A DNA stretch of 52,754 bases from Nanobdellota archaeon (GTDB lineage Archaea > Nanobdellota > Nanobdellia > Woesearchaeales > JAHWHD01), in NCBI GenBank assembly GCA_034722435.1, contig JAYENX010000003.1, positions 1-52,754 on the forward strand, in the 5' to 3' direction. A program made the position numbers and the translations under genes. Every line of letters starts with the position of its first letter. Position 1 is the first letter of the stretch. Below, piece after piece: positions 47,769-52,754 of this stretch. The notes beneath the pieces are model-generated. The model made no database searches. It was given only the letters and a program-made list of their open reading frames with translations, and had not been told where the DNA came from.

Positions 47769-48074
47769 ATGAGTAAAGGAACACCATCACAAGGAAAACA
47801 CAACAAACGAGTAACGCATGTAAGGTGCAGACGTTGTGGGAAAAGAACGTATCATTCTTGTAAAAGAGTTTGTTCTAGTTGTGGCTATGGTAAATCTTCT
47901 AAACTTAGATCTTATACTTGGAATAAGAAAAGGAAGAGTAAAGCTGTTAAGAACACTACTATTACTTCTAATAAAGGTAAAGCAAAAAAGAAAGTTGTGA
48001 AGAAAGCAGTGACTAAGAAAGCTCCTGCAAAGAAACCTGCTAAACCTGTAAAGAAGACTGTTTCTAAGAAATAA
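47769..48074 (+). CDS. rpl37e: 50S ribosomal protein L37e with Lys/Ala/Pro-rich C-terminal extension
   Basis: [25 protein letters not shown]. Confidence 0.95.
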   Translation: MSKGTPSQGKHNKRVTHVRCRRCGKRTYHSCKRVCSSCGYGKSSKLRSYTWNKKRKSKAVKNTTITSNKGKAKKKVVKKAVTKKAPAKKPAKPVKKTVSKK

Positions 48075-48164
48075 TTTTTATTTATTCTTTTAATATTTTG
48101 AAAGTGGATAAATTAAAACAGATAATTTTTTAAATGAGTTATTTTTCTGAGTATTAATCTCTTT

Positions 48165-48287
48165 GCGGAGGTGCCGGAGCGGTCAAATGAAAATCTCTGG
48201 TTTTTAATTGGAGATTTCAGATCAAACGGGACAGGCTTAGGACCTGTTGGCTTAGTGCCTACTGGGGTTCAAATCCTCACCTCCGCA
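48165..48287 (+). tRNA. tRNA-Leu(UAG) with a 39-nt D-loop intron (48187..48225)
   Basis: Acceptor GCGGAGG/CCUCCGC+A; anticodon arm ACAGG-CUUAGGA-CCUGU; long variable arm; TTCAAAT T-loop; insert bounded by GGUC-AAA / GAUC-AAA. Confidence 0.9.
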
Positions 48288-48336
48288 TTTTCTTTTAATT
48301 TAATCTTGTTGTGAGTAAAATGAGTATTTCGGAGGT

Positions 48337-48357
48337 CTCGGAACCGAAGGTTCTGAG
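48337..48357. other. GC-rich 9-bp hairpin with a GAA triloop downstream of the tRNA
   Basis: ctcggaacc-gaa-ggttctgag. Confidence 0.6.
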
Positions 48358-48522
48358 GTGCTTATTTTTATCTTTGATTTCTTTTACGTGTTAATAGAAT
48401 GGATTAAGATGGTGTACAGGCAATAAATATTATAATTTATGGGTGAAGATTTAGATGTGCTGTGGTGTGTAGTTTCGTAGTAATTATCTCTATCTTCATA
48501 TTTTTTCTGATACTTAAAAAGT

Positions 48523-48659
48523 GAAATACCCTAACCTTAAGGTTAGGGATGTAGCGCTTTTTGGTATTCTAAAAATCGGTTTGTTGAAGCAAGTGTTCAG
48601 TCATACCCTTCTTTTAGGCCGGGGTTGAACACTTACAACCTATTTTTATGATTTTTAGA
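48523..48659 (+). mobile_element. ORF-less IS200/IS605-end-like element, copy C
   Basis: gaaatac-cctaaccttaaggttagg-gatgtagcg; perfect tctaaaaatc/gatttttaga and aagtgttca/tgaacactt stems around ataccc..ttta..gggg. Confidence 0.45.
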
Positions 48660-48678
48660 GAATTGTTTTTTGTTTTAG

Positions 48679-48765
48679 TTTTGTCGTCGATGAATCTTAA
48701 TTTTATGTTTTTTATTCTGTCGCTGAGATTCTTATTTTTAGGTTTTTCTTTTTATCGTCGATAAA
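48679..48765. promoter_or_regulatory. TCGTCG-palindrome sites upstream of the S-layer gene
   Basis: ttttgtcgtcgatgaa and perfect tttatcg-t-cgataaa (48751..48765). Confidence 0.45.
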
Positions 48766-48987
48766 TTTGTAGTTTGATGTTTTCTTTTTTTTTAAATTTC
48801 TTTGTAAACAATTGTATATTTTTTATTTATTTTCATATTTGGCGGATTTAGTCCTTTTATAAATGAACTCTGTTTTTTAGGTTATTTTCGTTTTATTTAT
48901 CTATTAGTGATGAATGACTTTATTTGCAGAATTCTGCAGTCTCAGGCGTTGAGGCTTGTGATGGTCGGTGGTGTGGTCAGGTTTTTT

Positions 48988-49148
48988 CGCAAAGCTTATA
49001 AACGCTCTGAGAGTTTATAGGCAGTAATGGCAATAGAAGTACTAGTAGTTATCGTCATAACTGCTTAGGTATTGTCGTGATTTAAGATTGTTGTATGACA
49101 ACAATTATGATAGCCCAAAAAAAACACAAACACGGAGGTGTTTAGATA
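48988..49148 (+). promoter_or_regulatory. BRE/TATA and long structured 5' leader of the S-layer gene
   Basis: cgcaaag-cttataaa; hairpins agtagttat/ataactgct, attgttgt/acaacaat, aaacac-ggag-gtgttt containing the RBS. Confidence 0.55.
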
Positions 49149-51545
49149 ATGGAAGTTAAAAAAGCAATTAAGAAAATAGTTGCATTAGGCGTTGGAGCAA
49201 CAATGCTAGGAGCAACAGTTCTAGGTGCAATGGCTGCATGCGATCTAAGTATGTATCCAGAACCATTCGTAGTGGATGGAGAATTTGATGGACTTTTAGT
49301 AGTTGGTGACACATCAACAGCAGCTGATACATTAGGAGTAGCAGATGTATTTGGAAGTCTACAGTTCGCTAATAAAGTTGGCGTAGGTGTTGGTGCTGCA
49401 GCAGTAGCAATCAGCGAAGGATATCAAGTAGAAAGAGCTGGAGATGATTTCAATCTAGGAGAAGAGATTGCAGATATTAAAGATACTGCAGTTGGAGAGT
49501 CAGATGTTCCGTCACTTTTAATGGATGGAACCTACGATGATAATGAAGGAGAGACTGACAACGAAGTAACTTATACGCAAGAGGTTACTTTTGAAACAGA
49601 TACTTCAAAATATTTGTTTGACAAGGATGATACTGATGATAAAGTAGCTGATTCGTATCTTAGATTGGATCGGAAAGAGGATGTTTATACTTTTGAATTA
49701 GACTTTGATGATGCAGTTGATTTTGTTGATGCGGATGATCTCAAGTCTACAAAGATTGAAATCTTAAATCAACTTTATACTATAACAAAAGTGGGTATAA
49801 GTTCAAATTTAGTTGATTCTTTAACCTTGCTAGCTGGAGACACTGTTATCTGGTTAACTGAAGGAGATAAAATCACAAAGCTACTTGATGGTGTTGAGCA
49901 CGAGATTTTCGTTGTAGACGTTTCAGAAAATGAAGATTCATGTGGTGTTAGTGTAGATGGTCAAGTTGTTTGGATAGATAATGGTAGAACTGAGACTATT
50001 AATGGAATTGAAGTTGGTGTAACTGACGCAATTTCAGTACATACTGCAACACAAGATACTGACGTATGTGAGCTAAACATTGGAGCTACAGAACTTGTAC
50101 TTGAAGATGGTAATGAGGTAAAAGTTGGTGGAGTTGAAGTAGATGGTTCAGAAGTAACTATGACTGGTACAACAGCTAATGAATGGGAAGGGTTCACAAT
50201 AACCTATGCACCACAAGAGCAAGTTGACCTTAAAGCTGGTGATGTGTGGCAAGACCCTGTTTTTAATAGTTGGAAACTAGAATTTGCAAACGAAGTTGCT
50301 GAATACGAAAATCCTTCATTGACTGCATCAGGAGACAATGCTTATTTTACTTTCAATAATCCAGATGGTGAAGAAGTTGAGATTGGTTGGTACTATGACG
50401 ACACAGACGCAGATGGAGATGGTATTAATGAGACTCTTGGATGGGATGTAGATGAGCCTTTATTTACAGATGCTGAATTTGGTAATGGTGCATCTTTGAA
50501 TTGTACTGACTATACAGGTACTGGTTCAGGTACTGCAGAAGACTGTGAAGGTGTATTTTTCTTACTAGTTGATAAAGGTGAAGTTGCACACATCATGGAG
50601 CTTGATAGCGTTGATGTTGATGATGAAGAAGCAGACTTTTATGATGTAACATATGGTAAGTCTTATGACAACATTAAGTACAACGATTCTGGTGTAGAGG
50701 AAGTTTCTATAGGTTCAATTGGAACTTTTGGAATTGATTTAGTAACTACTGCTGGAGATATTACTTTTGCAACGTCTTCTGCAGCTACATCTAACGGTGA
50801 TGCGTTGCAGCTTGATGAGTTGCAAAGGACGAATAATGGTGCTGCATTAGAGTTCGGTAATACTGGATTTACTCTTGAAGAAGAGGAAGAAGGTGGAAAC
50901 TATGATACCTGGCAATTTGACCTTGCATGGGTAGCAGGAGATGAGGAAATTGAATTTGATGCTCCATATCTATCTGTAGGAACTTTGCATGCTGATGGTA
51001 TCTCTGAAAGTGATGACAATAAAGACGATAAGTGGTATGTAACTGAGTGGGGAACAAAAGTTAAGTATGATTCTGATGGTGATCAGTCAATTGAGATTTG
51101 GTATCCTGAAGAGCAGGCGTATGCTAATGTGTTTATAGCTCCAGTTTCGGCTTCAATTACAGTTGGCGCAGCAGGCGAAACAGCATCCCCTGTAAGAATT
51201 GATACAGGCGCAGTTATCTTCGCTAAGGAAGTTCCAAGTGGAAACCAGAACATGATCTTAGTTGGTGGACCTTGTGTTAACAACAAAGCAGCCGAAGTAA
51301 TGGGTAATCCTGCAGATTGTACTGAAGGATTCGAAGAAGGTAAAGCTATGATTAAGTGTTTCGATCAAGGCGACAAAGTTGCATTGGTTGTAGCAGGTTA
51401 TAGTGGAACTGACACAAGAGCTGCTGCAAGGTATCTAGCAGACTATGCTGAGAACCAAGACAAGTTCCTTAAGGCTACAAATGAAATTAGCTTAAGCGTA
51501 ACAAGCCTAGACTCAGTAACAGCAACAATACCAACTGCAGAATAA
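49149..51545 (+). CDS. S-layer protein (Methanococcus-type N/C-terminal domains)
   Basis: KKIVALGVGATMLGAT signal; YPEPFV..LVVGD; C-terminal NMILVGGPCVN, ALVVAGYSGTDTRAAA; very acidic. Confidence 0.88.
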   Translation: MEVKKAIKKIVALGVGATMLGATVLGAMAACDLSMYPEPFVVDGEFDGLLVVGDTSTAADTLGVADVFGSLQFANKVGVGVGAAAVAISEGYQVERAGDDFNLGEEIADIKDTAVGESDVPSLLMDGTYDDNEGETDNEVTYTQEVTFETDTSKYLFDKDDTDDKVADSYLRLDRKEDVYTFELDFDDAVDFVDADDLKSTKIEILNQLYTITKVGISSNLVDSLTLLAGDTVIWLTEGDKITKLLDGVEHEIFVVDVSENEDSCGVSVDGQVVWIDNGRTETINGIEVGVTDAISVHTATQDTDVCELNIGATELVLEDGNEVKVGGVEVDGSEVTMTGTTANEWEGFTITYAPQEQVDLKAGDVWQDPVFNSWKLEFANEVAEYENPSLTASGDNAYFTFNNPDGEEVEIGWYYDDTDADGDGINETLGWDVDEPLFTDAEFGNGASLNCTDYTGTGSGTAEDCEGVFFLLVDKGEVAHIMELDSVDVDDEEADFYDVTYGKSYDNIKYNDSGVEEVSIGSIGTFGIDLVTTAGDITFATSSAATSNGDALQLDELQRTNNGAALEFGNTGFTLEEEEEGGNYDTWQFDLAWVAGDEEIEFDAPYLSVGTLHADGISESDDNKDDKWYVTEWGTKVKYDSDGDQSIEIWYPEEQAYANVFIAPVSASITVGAAGETASPVRIDTGAVIFAKEVPSGNQNMILVGGPCVNNKAAEVMGNPADCTEGFEEGKAMIKCFDQGDKVALVVAGYSGTDTRAAARYLADYAENQDKFLKATNEISLSVTSLDSVTATIPTAE

Positions 51546-51665
51546 GGTTTTAAAACCTTTTTTTCTTTCTTTTTTTATTTTTTTAATAAACTTTTTCTGA
51601 AATAATTTTGATATTGTTCTTATCTGTGTTTTCTTTAATATCTATGACTTTCAAAATCTTTTTAA

Positions 51666-52670
51666 ATGAAGTTTAGATTATCTATATTTATGAAGTTGAT
51701 TAAGATAGATAAGGACTCTGGAATACCTTTAATGGGTGCTATAGCGTTTGGTATTATTGATAGGGGTACTAATTTGATACAAATTAGGTCGACTTCTGTA
51801 TGTAATCTTAACTGTCCATTTTGTTCAGTTGATTCTGGGAGTTGTAGTAGATTGCACGGTGTTAATTATGAAGTTGACTGTGGTTATTTGCTTAATTGGA
51901 TTAAAGAAGTGTGTGAGTTTAAAGGTGATGGAGTTGAAGCTAATATTGATTCTGTTGGTGAAGTTGGAACTTATAAAGATTTATTGAAACTTGTTAAAGG
52001 TCTTAAGCAAATCAAACAGATTAAGTTTATTTCTATGCAGACTAATGGTTGTTTTTTGACTGAGAAAGTTGTTGATGATTTAATTGAAGCTGGTCTTGAT
52101 AGGATAAATTTCTCTGTGCATTCTTTGGATGAAGAAAGAGCAAAAATGTTGGCAGGTGTTGATACTTTCGATATATCTAAAATTAAAACTGTTATAGAAT
52201 ATATTTCTACGCAAGATATTGAATTGTTTTTAACGCCTGTATGGATGCCTAAAGTTAATGATGATGATATAGTTGAAATAATTAAGTTTGGAATAAGTCT
52301 TGGTGCGAGATTAGGGATACAAAAGTATGAAGAGTATAAGTATAGTCGTAAGATGAAAAAGGCAAAGCAGATGACTTATTTTAAGTTTTATAGGCAGTTA
52401 AAACTTTGGGAAAAGGAGTTTGATGTTGAACTAGTTTTAAGTCGACAAAAAATGAATATTGTGAAAATGGAAAGAGTGCCTTCTGTTTTTGAAAAAGGTG
52501 ATAAAGTCAATGTTTTGATTAAATGTCGTGGTTGGATTAATGGGCAGATGATTGGTGTTGCTTCTGATAGATGTATCACTGTGAATAAATGTCTTGTTAA
52601 AGTTGGTGACATGGTTCGGGTTAAGATTGTTGAGAATAAAAATAATATTTATCTCGCTGATGTTTTGTGA
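51666..52670 (+). CDS. Radical SAM protein with C-terminal TRAM-like domain
   Basis: CNLNCPFCSVD CxxxCxxC; MQTNG; C-terminal VKVGDMVRVKIV. Confidence 0.88.
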   Translation: MKFRLSIFMKLIKIDKDSGIPLMGAIAFGIIDRGTNLIQIRSTSVCNLNCPFCSVDSGSCSRLHGVNYEVDCGYLLNWIKEVCEFKGDGVEANIDSVGEVGTYKDLLKLVKGLKQIKQIKFISMQTNGCFLTEKVVDDLIEAGLDRINFSVHSLDEERAKMLAGVDTFDISKIKTVIEYISTQDIELFLTPVWMPKVNDDDIVEIIKFGISLGARLGIQKYEEYKYSRKMKKAKQMTYFKFYRQLKLWEKEFDVELVLSRQKMNIVKMERVPSVFEKGDKVNVLIKCRGWINGQMIGVASDRCITVNKCLVKVGDMVRVKIVENKNNIYLADVL

Positions 52671-52754
52671 AGCAAAAGTTTATATATTTTATAATTAAGA
52701 TTTCTTGTATGACTTGGGATGATATTTTTAAGGATGAAAATTGGGGTGTTTTAG

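Noticed and set aside
49128-49143. CACGGAGG in a hairpin resembles a CsrA/RsmA site
   Set aside because: Fully explained by the archaeal RBS; there is no evidence for CsrA here
48288-49148. Possible integrated element or att site next to the tRNA
   Set aside because: No integrase, and no duplicate of the tRNA 3' end elsewhere in the window
653-52612. Many 60-200 aa ORFs in the track antisense to or nested in longer genes (e.g. 12564..13178, 29477..29905, 27183..27560)
   Set aside because: They are shadows of well-supported genes on the opposite strand or frame, with no motifs
1-52754. Bacterial origin of the contig, suggested by lgt, lspA, uppP, dusB and ACP
   Set aside because: These genes are interleaved with unambiguous archaeal informational genes and share their composition and promoter style

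Overview
AT-rich archaeal genomic window, most likely from a DPANN archaeon of the Woesearchaeota type. The domain call rests on rpl15e, rps8e, rpl37e, aIF-1A, Sm, Cdc6/Orc1, a PINc-ATPase, BRE/TATA promoters and a Methanococcus-type acidic S-layer protein; the finer taxonomic call is inference. It is ordinary chromosome, with no prophage, CRISPR array or rRNA seen. Housekeeping genes are interleaved with ppsA, a polyamine/hypusine cluster, a thiol-redox cluster and many ORFans. Main points of interest: (1) three copies of an unexplained structured intergenic element with a conserved 3' core and variable closing stem, one copy flanked by an exact 21-bp direct repeat; (2) bacterial-type lipoprotein maturation genes (lgt, lspA) plus a lipobox substrate, a Gep4-like PGP phosphatase, an ACP and UppP; (3) three ORF-less IS200/IS605-end-like elements; (4) tRNA-Leu(UAG) with a 39-nt D-loop intron; (5) a recurring TTTWTCG-T-CGAWAAA-like palindrome upstream of two Lys-rich basic proteins and the S-layer gene; (6) a pore-less voltage-sensor-like protein and a secreted protein with an outer-membrane beta-barrel-like C-terminus. 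All calls come from motif reading by eye; no searches were run.
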